Shown piece after piece: positions 19,841-29,552 of a stretch of DNA of 64,000 bases. Source of the DNA: Nitrosopumilus sp. (GTDB taxonomy: Archaea; Thermoproteota; Nitrososphaeria; Nitrososphaerales; Nitrosopumilaceae). Within the stretch, counting starts at the first letter, position 1; each line of letters opens with the position of its first letter. A program made the translations under genes and the position numbers. The stretch covers positions 1,536,001-1,600,000 of the forward strand of contig OZ244650.1 in assembly GCA_965218785.1 (NCBI GenBank), in the 5' to 3' direction. The notes beneath the pieces are model-generated. The model saw only the letters and a program-made list of their open reading frames with translations, was not told the DNA's origin and did not search any database.

Positions 19841-20944
19841 ATGAGTAATTGGGACCTCATGATGCCAGGAATGGGATTGACAGCCATAGGTTTGGCAGGT
19901 GTCGTAATATCCTATGCGGGTATTGCACATACGTTCATTGATGGCATGCACGCCCTGACTGGCCTTACCATGTTTATAGGACTGATTTTTCTCTCCGTAG
20001 GCATCCTAGACGGGGGCATCTCGACTAGCAACAGGGCAAAGGCGACTGTCCTGGTAATTATTTCAATAGCGCTGGGATTTGGAATGTACGGATTTACCAT
20101 GAACACCTCAAACTATGTGGTTACAATAGCGGGGATTTTGATGGGAATTACATTTCCGGCAATAATAATAGCATATCTGGCAATGAAGCATCCAACGATC
20201 GTAAAACCGATCGGATCCATTGTTGCAATGGCAGGAGCAACGGGAATTATCATGTGGCTGGCATTTGGATTTGTAAGTCCTGATACATACATCATTCCAC
20301 AACAAGTTATAGTCGAAGAAGAAGAAGAAGAGGAAATCAAAAAAGCCGCACTGACAGGACCTGTCTTTGCAGTTCAGATTTTAGAAGGTTCCCTCCAGCA
20401 GGGCAATCCTGATTATGGACCGGATGTGGCAGTTGTTCCGCACGGGCATGTAGTGGAATGGACAAACATGGATTCGGCCATACATACGGTAACTAGCACA
20501 GAAGGTTTTGGCGAATTATTCGAGTCAGGTTATATGGATCCAGGTGATGTATATGCATTAGATACGACCGGTTTGGAAGCTGGAGAATATGAATATCTAT
20601 GTACCGTACATGTTTGGATGACGTCAACACTAGTTGTTGAAGAGCCAAGAGAACCAGTCAAAGTTACAATTCCTGACGGGGCTGCATTTCCAGAAGAAGG
20701 CAAAACCTATTACGATCTCCAGACAATCGACGTAAAGACCGGCACGACAGTTGCATGGGACAATGCAGACAACGTGGCACATACTGTGACTTCAGGCAGA
20801 CCAGATGCAGGTGCAGATGAGACGTTTGACTCAGAATCAATGGAGGCAGGGGATATTTTTGAATTTACATTTACAGAGGCGGGAAATTACGATTATTACT
20901 GTGTATTCCACTTGTGGATGGTAGGAACTGTTAACGTAGAATAG
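19841..20944 (+). CDS. Membrane protein with N-terminal TM bundle and two plastocyanin-like type-1 copper domains
   Basis: TM helices then HTVT...CTVHVWM and HTVT...CVFHLWM. Confidence 0.9.
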   Translation: MSNWDLMMPGMGLTAIGLAGVVISYAGIAHTFIDGMHALTGLTMFIGLIFLSVGILDGGISTSNRAKATVLVIISIALGFGMYGFTMNTSNYVVTIAGILMGITFPAIIIAYLAMKHPTIVKPIGSIVAMAGATGIIMWLAFGFVSPDTYIIPQQVIVEEEEEEEIKKAALTGPVFAVQILEGSLQQGNPDYGPDVAVVPHGHVVEWTNMDSAIHTVTSTEGFGELFESGYMDPGDVYALDTTGLEAGEYEYLCTVHVWMTSTLVVEEPREPVKVTIPDGAAFPEEGKTYYDLQTIDVKTGTTVAWDNADNVAHTVTSGRPDAGADETFDSESMEAGDIFEFTFTEAGNYDYYCVFHLWMVGTVNVE

Positions 20945-20946
20945 AG

Positions 20947-21342
20947 TTGCAGAAGATCATACTATCACGATCAGACAGGAAAATCCTGACTGATCATGCA
21001 GAAAATGAAATACCTAATGAATCGTGTGCCATACTGTTTGGCAGGGACAACACAGTCTCAGAGGTGTTCCTGACAGAAAATATCGTAGAATCACCGGTAA
21101 ATTTTACCATCTCAAGCAAGCAGTTAATCGAGGGATACGACATTGCAGAGAAAAAGAAATTAAAAGTGATTGGCATATTTCATTCACATCCCAACTCAGA
21201 TGCATATCCGTCAAGCACGGATAAAAAATTCATGCATGTTAATCCGGTGGTATGGATGATTTATTCAGGAATCAATAAAAATTTCAGGGCATATGTTCTC
21301 GAGTCAGATATTATAGAAATTCCAATTGAAGAGAGATATTAG
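20947..21342 (+). CDS. JAMM/MPN+ (M67) metalloprotease
   Basis: NESCAIL and HSHP.....PS..D JAMM motif. Confidence 0.92.
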   Translation: MQKIILSRSDRKILTDHAENEIPNESCAILFGRDNTVSEVFLTENIVESPVNFTISSKQLIEGYDIAEKKKLKVIGIFHSHPNSDAYPSSTDKKFMHVNPVVWMIYSGINKNFRAYVLESDIIEIPIEERY

Positions 21343-21519
21343 ATCTTAATCTGTGGCAGCCTTTGCCATTCTTCATCCATTCATTAGAACCAGGTCGCAG
21401 TTAATAGACGAGGATCTCCCCTAGTTTAACGCAGAGTTCCTTGAGAGGCACGGAATCCTGATTTTCACGGCATATTTCAGATTTGGAGGGGGAGATCTTT
21501 GAATTAAATACCCCTTTTT

Positions 21520-21789
21520 TTGAGAAATATCATGGAAATTCACGTATACGATACCTATGTCAAGGCAGCAGACGGTCATACCATGCACTTTGACGTAATT
21601 ACCGGTGAGAAAGACCACGACAAGGCCATAACATATGGCAAGGAATGGTTACAATCAGTCGGTGAGGGTGAGGCAGAGATGACTACAAACGAATGCCAGT
21701 TCTGTCATTCACAAGGTGCAGCAGAGCCTGTTGAGCAGGCAATTAAGGAAAAAGGCTACTTTATCCAAAAGATGGAAGGCTGTCCTTAA
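21520..21789 (+). CDS. DUF2024 family protein
   Basis: IHVYDTYV....MHFDV...CQFCH...GYFI.KMEGCP. Confidence 0.85.
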   Translation: MRNIMEIHVYDTYVKAADGHTMHFDVITGEKDHDKAITYGKEWLQSVGEGEAEMTTNECQFCHSQGAAEPVEQAIKEKGYFIQKMEGCP

Positions 21790-21849
21790 TCATTTTTTTC
21801 TTTTTTCTATAAAGATCATATTTTTTAAATTAATCATCATAGTAATAGC

Positions 21850-22032
21850 ATGTCAGAACACAGGTATTCAAAGTGGACAGTTGAAGGGGAAAAGAAGACA
21901 AGGTGGATTTGTGGGTGTTTTCTAACGGCAGATAATTACTTTAAATTCTGTGACAAGCACAATGACACCCTGAAAAAGGCGATTCAGTCCCAGATTGACG
22001 AATTAGATATGACGTTAATCGTTGAAGATTAG
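21850..22032 (+). CDS. Small hypothetical protein with Cys/His motifs
   Basis: WICGC...FCDKH; TATA-like TTTAAAT upstream. Confidence 0.6.
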   Translation: MSEHRYSKWTVEGEKKTRWICGCFLTADNYFKFCDKHNDTLKKAIQSQIDELDMTLIVED

Positions 22033-24083
22033 ATGGCAAGCACTGCGACAAATGCAGATACAAAGACAATCGCGATTGTGTTGAGCAGTTTGATGACGGT
22101 GTTAAGTGCAGGTCCTGCGGTGTCTTTGTATGGGTCGCCGATAATATCGCCTACTACTGCAACCTTGTGTATTTCAGAACCCTTTTCACCGTTCATCTCG
22201 ATAAGCTTCTTTGCGTTATCCCATGCACCGCCGGTGTTTGCCAAATGATATGCAAGCAGGATTCCGGTAATAACTGAACCCATCAGCAGTCCTGCCACGG
22301 CAGTTGGGCCTAGCAAGACTCCCAAAATTATCGGGGCAGTAATGGCCACGATTGCAGGCTTCCAGAGTTCCCTGATTGATGCAACAGTTGCAATATCCAC
22401 GCATTTGGCATAGTCTGGTTTTGATTTTCCAGTAAGAATTCCAGGATCGGATTTGAATTGTCGTCTGACTTCGTCAACCATTTTTCCTGCGGCCCTAGAT
22501 ACGCCGTTGATGAGTTGACCCGTAATGATAAATGGTATCAGACCGCCAATCAACAGACCAACAATGATGGCAGGATTTGTCAAACTATAATCTAAATCCA
22601 CACTCTCGAAAACATGTGCTGCCTCAAATTGAAACGCCTGAATCATGGCTAATGCAGCTAACGCCGCACTGGCAATGGCAAATCCTTTTGTAACTGCCTT
22701 GGTTGTGTTTCCAACTGCGTCAATTTCGTCTGTAACTTTGCGGTTTTCCTCCCCCATTCCAGTCATCTCTACTATGCCACCTGCATTATCTGCAATTGGA
22801 CCAAATGCGTCAATACTTAGAACGATTCCTGCAAGACTCAGCATCGCCATTGCAGTTAAAGAGGTTCCAAAGATTCCATAAAGAACAGGGTTTGCACCTT
22901 CAGGAGCTGCAGATGATGCAATTGTATAAGACAGGATGATTGCAACGACAAGTGCAATCATGAACGGTCCAGTCGATTGCATGCCTTTGATGATTCCCAT
23001 CAGGATTAATGACGCATATCCCCATTTTGCCGAGTCTGCAATCTCCTTGACGGGGCCTTTTTTGTAACTCGTATAGTTATCGGTGATTTTCTGAATAACT
23101 GGAACCAGTATTACACCAATTACCGTAGAGCCAAACAAGGCGTATGCTACGGCAGACTCGTCGATGAGTTGTGTAATAAAGACATAGTTTAATCCGATTG
23201 CAATTGCAGCAGAGACGTAAAATGAACGGTTAAGCGGCTTCATCACATCTGTGATGTTCTTAGAACCGATAATTACAACACCTATGATTGATGCAATCAT
23301 GCCAGATGAGCCGATTAGAATTGGATAAAGAAAGAAGTTTGGAGCGCCAATTAATGCTGCAATTAGTAATGCCGCAAGTATTGTAACGATATAGGATTCG
23401 TAGATATCTGAGCCCATTCCTGCTGCGTCACCGACATTGTCACCTACGTTATCTGCAATTGTTGCAGGGTTTCGTGGGTCATCCTCAGGAATGTTTACCT
23501 CGACTTTTCCTACCAGGTCTGCGCCCATGTCTGCTGCTTTGGTAAAGATACCGCCGCCAATTCTGATAAATAGCGCGATAAGACTTGCCCCAATTCCAAC
23601 ACCTGCAATCATGATCGGATCTTGATAAACCATGTATAATGCCGTAATTGCCAGAAGAGCCATCGCCGGGACTGCCAGACCGACTGTAGCTCCTCCCCTA
23701 AAGGCCATGGCAAACGTCTGTCCCAGTCCCGTACCGCTTAGATTTGCGGCTCTGACTGCCGCTTTTACTGTAATTTTTAATGAGATAATTCCTGCAACTG
23801 CTGAAAGTGCCGCACCTACTGCAAATGCCAGTCCGTTTGAAGGGGCCAAGAATGCACCAATAATTACTGACAACGCTATTGCGACAGGAACGATAATTTT
23901 CATTTCTCTTTTTAGAAATGCTGCGGCGCCTTCCTTGACAGCATTGGAGATATCCATCATCTCTTTTGTTCCAGGTGGCTGTTTTGTAATCCAGACAATC
24001 AGACCTGCTGCAACCAAAAATGATGCAATACCTGCAACAATCGGCAGAAATCCACCAATTGACAGAATTTCAACAAATTCCAT
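22029..24083 (-). CDS. hppA: Membrane-bound H+-translocating pyrophosphatase (K+-independent type)
   Basis: GGGIFTKAADMGADLVGKVE, DNVGDNVGD, GNTTKA, GDPYKDTAGP. Confidence 0.96.
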   Translation of the reverse strand: MEFVEILSIGGFLPIVAGIASFLVAAGLIVWITKQPPGTKEMMDISNAVKEGAAAFLKREMKIIVPVAIALSVIIGAFLAPSNGLAFAVGAALSAVAGIISLKITVKAAVRAANLSGTGLGQTFAMAFRGGATVGLAVPAMALLAITALYMVYQDPIMIAGVGIGASLIALFIRIGGGIFTKAADMGADLVGKVEVNIPEDDPRNPATIADNVGDNVGDAAGMGSDIYESYIVTILAALLIAALIGAPNFFLYPILIGSSGMIASIIGVVIIGSKNITDVMKPLNRSFYVSAAIAIGLNYVFITQLIDESAVAYALFGSTVIGVILVPVIQKITDNYTSYKKGPVKEIADSAKWGYASLILMGIIKGMQSTGPFMIALVVAIILSYTIASSAAPEGANPVLYGIFGTSLTAMAMLSLAGIVLSIDAFGPIADNAGGIVEMTGMGEENRKVTDEIDAVGNTTKAVTKGFAIASAALAALAMIQAFQFEAAHVFESVDLDYSLTNPAIIVGLLIGGLIPFIITGQLINGVSRAAGKMVDEVRRQFKSDPGILTGKSKPDYAKCVDIATVASIRELWKPAIVAITAPIILGVLLGPTAVAGLLMGSVITGILLAYHLANTGGAWDNAKKLIEMNGEKGSEIHKVAVVGDIIGDPYKDTAGPALNTVIKLLNTIAIVFVSAFVAVLAI

Positions 24084-24119
24084 GTTATACTTTGCTTGCC
24101 TAAATCTTGGAAATATAAA

Positions 24120-24497
24120 TCAATGAGGGGGAGTTTGATTCCTCTTCTTGTATGGTGGAAATGTTTTTCCTCCGAGTCCACGCCTTACTAATTTGTTGAA
24201 TCTTTTACCATGGGCAAGATACGGAAATCGCATGTGGATCAATTCATGAACTATCGTGTTTTCAAGGGTCTTCTCATCAGGAATTTTTCGTATATTAAGA
24301 AAGACCAGATTATGCTGGAGATATGAGACGCCATAATACTTGTAGGCAGATGTTCTGCACCCTTCTGTCATTTCACGCGGCATGTCAAGGACTTCTTTTG
24401 TGACAAACAGGAGATTGGGTTCGGGAATAGAAAATCTGTTGGAATAAATTCCAACCTTCTCCAAAATCTGCAGTTTGAGGTCAGGATCAAGCTTCAC
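24120..24497 (-). CDS. Small zincin-like metal-dependent hydrolase (YgjP/SprT-like)
   Basis: TIVHELIH...HGKRF motif. Confidence 0.75.
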   Translation of the reverse strand: MKLDPDLKLQILEKVGIYSNRFSIPEPNLLFVTKEVLDMPREMTEGCRTSAYKYYGVSYLQHNLVFLNIRKIPDEKTLENTIVHELIHMRFPYLAHGKRFNKLVRRGLGGKTFPPYKKRNQTPPH

Positions 24498-24649
24498 ATG
24501 GGAGCATCATGCAGTCTGTCTTTATTTGGAGATGTCAAATGTTGTATGACATTTGGTTTATTTTGGTTCTTCAAAATTATGAATTAATAGGGTCAGAGGT
24601 TTAGTAGTGTAATCACTGATCATACAGCCACCGTCTCATCACACCCCAA

Positions 24650-25144
24650 TCATTCCATTAAATCAAGTAGTCTTTGTGCCTTACTTCTAATTTCCGGAGT
24701 GATTTTGACTATAACTAGTCCCTCGTTTGGCTGTCCGTACAAAACTGTGGCACCATCCGGGGCGTAGATGCAAGCAGGCAATACCAGAAGATCCTCCTCG
24801 CCATTGACGCCTAGTCGCACCGGAGGTTTCATGGAAATGGCTTTTTTGATGAGATCAATACTTTGAGGGGTGATTTCCGCTGCAGGATTATCTACAGTCA
24901 ACTCTGTGGCGTGTGCAGGTTTTGGAGGCTCTCTTCTCTGTCTTTTTTCCTGGCAGTCGATGATCTGCAAGGATGGGACCAGGTCAAACTCGATCATTTT
25001 TTCGGTTGTTCTGTCACCGACTGTAATGATATAGGAGTCTTCGGAGAGATGTTTTTTGATGTTTGTTTTATCAGCCTGGCTCTCAGGCAAGAGTATTCCT
25101 AAAGGGATTTTCAATTGATCTCTTAAAGAGTTGGGCAGTTTCAC
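24650..25144 (-). CDS. GTP-dependent dephospho-CoA kinase (DUF359)
   Basis: LK.PLG, ITVGD, VDNP..IT, GEEDLL, YGQP.EG; GTG start at 25144 avoids overlap with mrp. Confidence 0.9.
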   Translation of the reverse strand: MKLPNSLRDQLKIPLGILLPESQADKTNIKKHLSEDSYIITVGDRTTEKMIEFDLVPSLQIIDCQEKRQRREPPKPAHATELTVDNPAAEITPQSIDLIKKAISMKPPVRLGVNGEEDLLVLPACIYAPDGATVLYGQPNEGLVIVKITPEIRSKAQRLLDLME

Positions 25145-25160
25145 GTAAATCGGTATTTGA

Positions 25161-26276
25161 TCAGCTAGGAGTAATTTCCTCTGGTGTAGTTTCTTTACCA
25201 GATCTTTCAGATTCCATCTCTTGTTGTAATTTTGCTGCAAGGATACTGCATTGTGCTGCAATATTTTTTGCACTGGATCTAAAAGCTTCTGCGCTTGGGG
25301 AATCAGGATTTGTGATTATGATTGGCTTGCCTAAATCAGAACCGGACATAATTCCAGAGTTTAATGGAATTTCACCTAGGAAGGGCATCTTGAATTCCTC
25401 ACTGATCTTTTTTGCACCGCCGTCACCGAAGATATAGTGTTTCTCATCACAGTTTGGACAAATAAAATGACTCATGTTTTCAACAACGCCGATAAGTGGA
25501 ACGTTTAGTTTTTCAAACATTCCAATTGCCTTGACTGCAACATTGCTTGCAACGTCTTGCGGAGTTGTAACAACTAGAATGCCGGTAATTGGAATTGTTT
25601 GTGCAAGCGTCAGCGGAATGTCGCCGGTACCTGGAGGAAGATCTACAATAAGATAGTCCAAGTCAGACCAGTTAGTATCAACTAGAAATTGTTTTAGAAT
25701 TCCAGATATGATTGGACCACGATATATTGCTGCCTGATGTGATTGTTCTGCAAAGAAACCAAACGAGACGACCTTCAATCCGTTGGATTCTGCCGGCTGA
25801 AGCTTGTTCTCCTCTACTTGCATGTATCCATCCTTCATCCCAAGCATCAACGGAATGCTAGGACCGTAGATATCAGCATCCAGCAATCCAACCTTAGCTC
25901 CTGTCTGTTGCAATGCCAGAGCTAGATTCAATGAAACAGTAGATTTTCCCACTCCGCCTTTTCCACTTGCCACGCCAATAATGTTTTTGACAGTTGCCAT
26001 TCCAGTATCTGCATCAAGTGAACGCCCTTCCATGACTTTTGCAGTTACGTTCATATCAAAATTTTTCAAATCAGAAAGTTGAGCGATGGCCTTTCTGACA
26101 TCGTCTTCAATTTCGACGTTGAAAGGACATGCAGGAGTTGTTAGTTCCAAGGTAAATTTTAGATTGCCGTCATTTAGTTCAAGATCCTTTATCATGCCCA
26201 TTGATACTATGTCTTTTTTCAAATCAGGATCAATGACTGTACTGAGCTTTTCAAGAACTTGATCTATTCCAACCAT
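25161..26276 (-). CDS. mrp: Fe-S cluster carrier ATPase Mrp/ApbC/Nbp35
   Basis: N-terminal DUF59 (DPDL, TTPACP), GKGGVGKS, DLPPGTGD, CPNC. Confidence 0.96.
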   Translation of the reverse strand: MVGIDQVLEKLSTVIDPDLKKDIVSMGMIKDLELNDGNLKFTLELTTPACPFNVEIEDDVRKAIAQLSDLKNFDMNVTAKVMEGRSLDADTGMATVKNIIGVASGKGGVGKSTVSLNLALALQQTGAKVGLLDADIYGPSIPLMLGMKDGYMQVEENKLQPAESNGLKVVSFGFFAEQSHQAAIYRGPIISGILKQFLVDTNWSDLDYLIVDLPPGTGDIPLTLAQTIPITGILVVTTPQDVASNVAVKAIGMFEKLNVPLIGVVENMSHFICPNCDEKHYIFGDGGAKKISEEFKMPFLGEIPLNSGIMSGSDLGKPIIITNPDSPSAEAFRSSAKNIAAQCSILAAKLQQEMESERSGKETTPEEITPS

Positions 26277-26425
26277 TGCGTCAAAAAGTCAGTTTACATT
26301 ATTTAAACATAAGTCAGACGCCAAAAAAAAATTATCAATAATTAGCCAAATGAACAAAATCTTTGGAAATTCGAGCCTAAATCACCCAAAGATTCATAAA
26401 TTGAAATTCAAGAAAAACAGCACAG

Positions 26426-27262
26426 TTGTTTTCTATATCTACCCTAGTTGATGTTGTTAGGATTCCTCCAAGCTTGTTTGGAACCACGCTCAAAAAGGCA
26501 GCAGTGAACATTCTCAAAGAAAAATACGAGAGCATGATTAATGCAGATCTGGGATACATCATTATGATTTTGGATGCCAAAGTAGACGAAATGGGAAAAA
26601 TGATTGCAGGTGATGGCGGTACTTTCCACAAGGTTGAATTTGAGGCATTGACGTTTTATCCAAAATTACAGGAAATTGTCCAGGGGGAGATTGTAGACAT
26701 TACGGACTTTGGTGCGTTTGTAAGAATCGGTCCTACTGATGCATTGCTTCATCTGTCACAAGTTATGGATGATTATCTAAAAAGCGATGTAAAATCCGGA
26801 ATGATTATAGCTAATCAAAGCGGCCGGACACTCAGAGTCGGTTCCACGCTTCGTGCAAGAATTACCGCAGTATCATTAGGAAAGGCAGCAACGATGGGCA
26901 AGATAGGAATCACATGCAGACAGCCGTTCCTTGGTGCAGATGAATGGATTGCCGAAGAAATCAAAAAATCAGATGGTGAGGGAGACGGACCGGCAAAGGG
27001 TGACAAGCCGACAAAGGGTGCCGAGCAAAGGGTGACAAACCAGCAAAGGGTGACAAGGGGAAGGCAAGCTAAGATGGCACGGGAAATGGCATGTAGAAAG
27101 TGCAAATGTGTAAACACAGGCAAGGTATGTAGAATATGTAAATCATCAGACTTGACGCCGGATTGGAACGGTATTGTGCTCGTAGTGGATCCAACAAATT
27201 CAGAAATTTCCAAAACTCTGGGCATCACTCAAAAAGGCAAGTATGCCATCAAAGTGACATAA
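26426..27262 (+). CDS. rpoE1: RNA polymerase subunit Rpo7 (RpoE') read in frame into Spt4 (RpoE'')
   Basis: VRIPP..FG, S1 domain DFGAFVRIGP.DALLH; no stop before Spt4 ATG at 27074. Confidence 0.9.
   Translation: MFSISTLVDVVRIPPSLFGTTLKKAAVNILKEKYESMINADLGYIIMILDAKVDEMGKMIAGDGGTFHKVEFEALTFYPKLQEIVQGEIVDITDFGAFVRIGPTDALLHLSQVMDDYLKSDVKSGMIIANQSGRTLRVGSTLRARITAVSLGKAATMGKIGITCRQPFLGADEWIAEEIKKSDGEGDGPAKGDKPTKGAEQRVTNQQRVTRGRQAKMAREMACRKCKCVNTGKVCRICKSSDLTPDWNGIVLVVDPTNSEISKTLGITQKGKYAIKVT
26990..27057 (+). repeat. 18-bp tandem repeat (PAKGDK unit), third copy 4 nt short
   Basis: CCGGCAAAGGGTGACAAG / CCGACAAAGGGTGCCGAG / CAAAGGGTGACAAA / CCAGCAAAGGGTGACAAG. Confidence 0.9.
27074..27262 (+). CDS. 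spt4: Transcription elongation factor Spt4 (RpoE'') moiety
   Basis: MAREMACRKCK...CRIC....DW.G...DP..SEI...LGI...GKYAIKV. Confidence 0.93.
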   Translation: MAREMACRKCKCVNTGKVCRICKSSDLTPDWNGIVLVVDPTNSEISKTLGITQKGKYAIKVT

Positions 27263-27302
27263 AATTTCTAAATCTTTAAAATTGCATTAATATTTTATAA
27301 TT

Positions 27303-28124
27303 ATGTTGCCACGTTTTAATTCCAAAAAGCAATTATCAGAATTTCTTGCCGAAGACATAGGAAAGGGGGATGTAACTGGCGCCCTTTTACCCAAACAGAA
27401 AATTTCAGCTAGAATCATTTCAAGGGAGAACGGCGTTGTTGCAGGTGTAAAGCACGTAAGAGAAATTTTCAGACTAGAGAAATGCAATGCCAGAATCATG
27501 AAAAAAGACGGTTCTAAAATAAGACCAAACCAGGTCGTAATGATCATTACCGGAGACGCACGAAAAATTCTGGCATGTGAGAGAACCGCCCTGAATCTTC
27601 TCAGCAGAATGAGCGGAATTGCAACACAGACAAATCAACTTGCAGGAAAAATTCCAAGCCAGACAAAATTGTATGCCACAAGAAAAACGGCTCCAGGACT
27701 TCGATATTTTGACAAGGAGGCAGTGGAGATAGGAGGAGGTAAAAGGCACAGGCTGCGACTCGATGAGATGGTGATGATCAAGGATAATCATATTGCAGTG
27801 GAGGGTTCATTGTTATCATTAATTAAAAAGGCAAAAAAAAGACACAAAAAATTCGAAGTGGAGGTTGAAAACACTTCAGATGCGATTCTTGCCGCAGAGG
27901 AGGGGGCGGCAATAATCATGCTGGATAATTTTTCGCCATCTCAAATCAAGAGGACAATCAGAATGCTCAAGAATCACAAATTACGAGACAGGGTTATGCT
28001 TGAGGCATCAGGAGGAATAAATTCCAAGAATATCTCAAGGTATGGACAGACAGGCGTAGATATTATCTCAGTAGGCAGTATTACAAATTCAGTCAAAGGA
28101 ATTGATATGAGTCTGGAGACCTAG
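27303..28124 (+). CDS. nadC: Nicotinate-nucleotide diphosphorylase (quinolinate phosphoribosyltransferase)
   Basis: EDIGKGDVT, ERTALN, TRKTAPG, KDNH, LDNF, EASGGI. Confidence 0.97.
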   Translation: MLPRFNSKKQLSEFLAEDIGKGDVTGALLPKQKISARIISRENGVVAGVKHVREIFRLEKCNARIMKKDGSKIRPNQVVMIITGDARKILACERTALNLLSRMSGIATQTNQLAGKIPSQTKLYATRKTAPGLRYFDKEAVEIGGGKRHRLRLDEMVMIKDNHIAVEGSLLSLIKKAKKRHKKFEVEVENTSDAILAAEEGAAIIMLDNFSPSQIKRTIRMLKNHKLRDRVMLEASGGINSKNISRYGQTGVDIISVGSITNSVKGIDMSLET

Positions 28125-28513
28125 TCTAGCAGCTGTTCCAATAGTTCTGATACGGATTTATTTTTTGGATCAACTTCACGGATTATATCACAACATTTTA
28201 TCGCCGGCTTGTTTTCACCTAACTTCTGATGGGAGTATGCCTTCAAAAGTAGGATTTCAACGTCATGCGAACCAATTTCAAGCGCCCTATCAAAGTAGGC
28301 AATCGCAGTCCTGAATTTATTGTTTAGATAATAGATTCCACCTACAGTAAACAGGACATCATGATTATGCGGTACCTTTTCCAGATATTCCGTGCCTGAT
28401 TTTAGGGCTAGGGCATATTTTTTTTCTTTGACGAGTTTTTTGAATTTTTTGAGATTTTCAACATTCTTTTTTAGCTGAGGATCTTTTGGAGTCCTGCCAA
28501 ACAGTCCGACCAT
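28121..28513 (-). CDS. Tetratricopeptide repeat protein
   Basis: Repeated A..YFDRALEI / AIKCCD...DP.N helical motifs. Confidence 0.85.
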   Translation of the reverse strand: MVGLFGRTPKDPQLKKNVENLKKFKKLVKEKKYALALKSGTEYLEKVPHNHDVLFTVGGIYYLNNKFRTAIAYFDRALEIGSHDVEILLLKAYSHQKLGENKPAIKCCDIIREVDPKNKSVSELLEQLLD

Positions 28514-28524
28514 GACAGTACGGA

Positions 28525-29481
28525 TCAGTTGATTTGAAGCATCCTGTTAATTGCAAGCCGGGCCTTGTCGGCAATTTCTGCAGGAACGGTAATGACGTTT
28601 TTTTCATTTACAAGGGCATCGTATACTTTTTCAAGTGTAATCATCTTCATGTATTGGCATTCAGCCTTTTCTGATGCGGGAATGAATTTTTTGCCGGGAT
28701 TTTGTTGTCGCATCTTATATAAGATTCCGGTTTCAGTAGCAACGACAAAATTCTTCGAGTCGGACTCATTAACATGTTTTAGCATGCCCTCTGTGGAAAG
28801 TATCGATACTTTTTTATCATCAAAGCTTCCATCTGCAACGTCATACATCATCGGAGTGGTACAACCACATTCAGGATGAATGACAAGCTCGGCATCTTTC
28901 ATAGAATCCAATTTCTTCAGGACATCATCAGGGGTAATTCCTGCATGGACGTGACATTCGCCTGCCCAGATACGCATGTTTTTTCTTCCAGTCATTTTTG
29001 CAACATAAGAGCCAAGGAACATATCAGGTAGGAATAAAATTTCCTTCTCTTCAGGTATCGCCTTTACAACATTGACTGCGTTTGAGGACGTGCAGCAATA
29101 GTCAAGTTCTGCCTTGATTTCAGCAGTGGTATTAACATAGCCTACCGTAATGGCGCCGGGATGCTGTTTTTTCCAGTTGCGTAATTCATCTACGGTGATC
29201 GAATCAGACAACGAACATCCGGCTTCTAAATCAGGGAGTAATACTTTTTTTTGGGGGCTGATAATTGCAGCCGTTTCTGCCATAAAATTTACGCCACAAA
29301 ACAAAATCGTCTTTTGATCAACCTTGGCTGCCTGTCTTGAGAGTCCCAGAGAATCCCCGGTAAAATCAGCCACATCTTGTACGTCGGGAATTTGGTAGTT
29401 GTGTGCCAAAATCACCACGTCCTTTTCCTTCTTGAGTCTTTGAATCTCATCTTTTAGTTTTGAGGTTTGTTGTACCAGCAT
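28525..29481 (-). CDS. nadA: Quinolinate synthase
   Basis: ILAHNYQ, GDSL, CGV.FMAE, AGCSL, HPEC, CQYMK. Confidence 0.97.
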   Translation of the reverse strand: MLVQQTSKLKDEIQRLKKEKDVVILAHNYQIPDVQDVADFTGDSLGLSRQAAKVDQKTILFCGVNFMAETAAIISPQKKVLLPDLEAGCSLSDSITVDELRNWKKQHPGAITVGYVNTTAEIKAELDYCCTSSNAVNVVKAIPEEKEILFLPDMFLGSYVAKMTGRKNMRIWAGECHVHAGITPDDVLKKLDSMKDAELVIHPECGCTTPMMYDVADGSFDDKKVSILSTEGMLKHVNESDSKNFVVATETGILYKMRQQNPGKKFIPASEKAECQYMKMITLEKVYDALVNEKNVITVPAEIADKARLAINRMLQIN

Positions 29482-29552
29482 GACTGTAGAAATTTGGATT
29501 TGTAGGGATTTAAAGAATGGGAAATGGTCTATAATTTTCTAAAAAACTGTCA

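Noticed and set aside
21413-21497. GATCTCCCC/GGGGAGATC inverted repeat as a MITE
   Set aside because: The arms are only 9 bp, there is a single copy in the window, and no clear target-site duplication.
8800-21789. CxxCH motifs (CKRCH at 8806, CSCCH in the zinc finger, CQFCH in DUF2024) as c-type cytochromes
   Set aside because: The proteins have no signal peptides and fit zinc-binding or known non-heme families; AOA lack canonical cytochrome c.
25145-25273. Long N-terminal extension of dephospho-CoA kinase overlapping mrp
   Set aside because: Homology starts at the GTG at 25144; the extension results from choosing the first available start.
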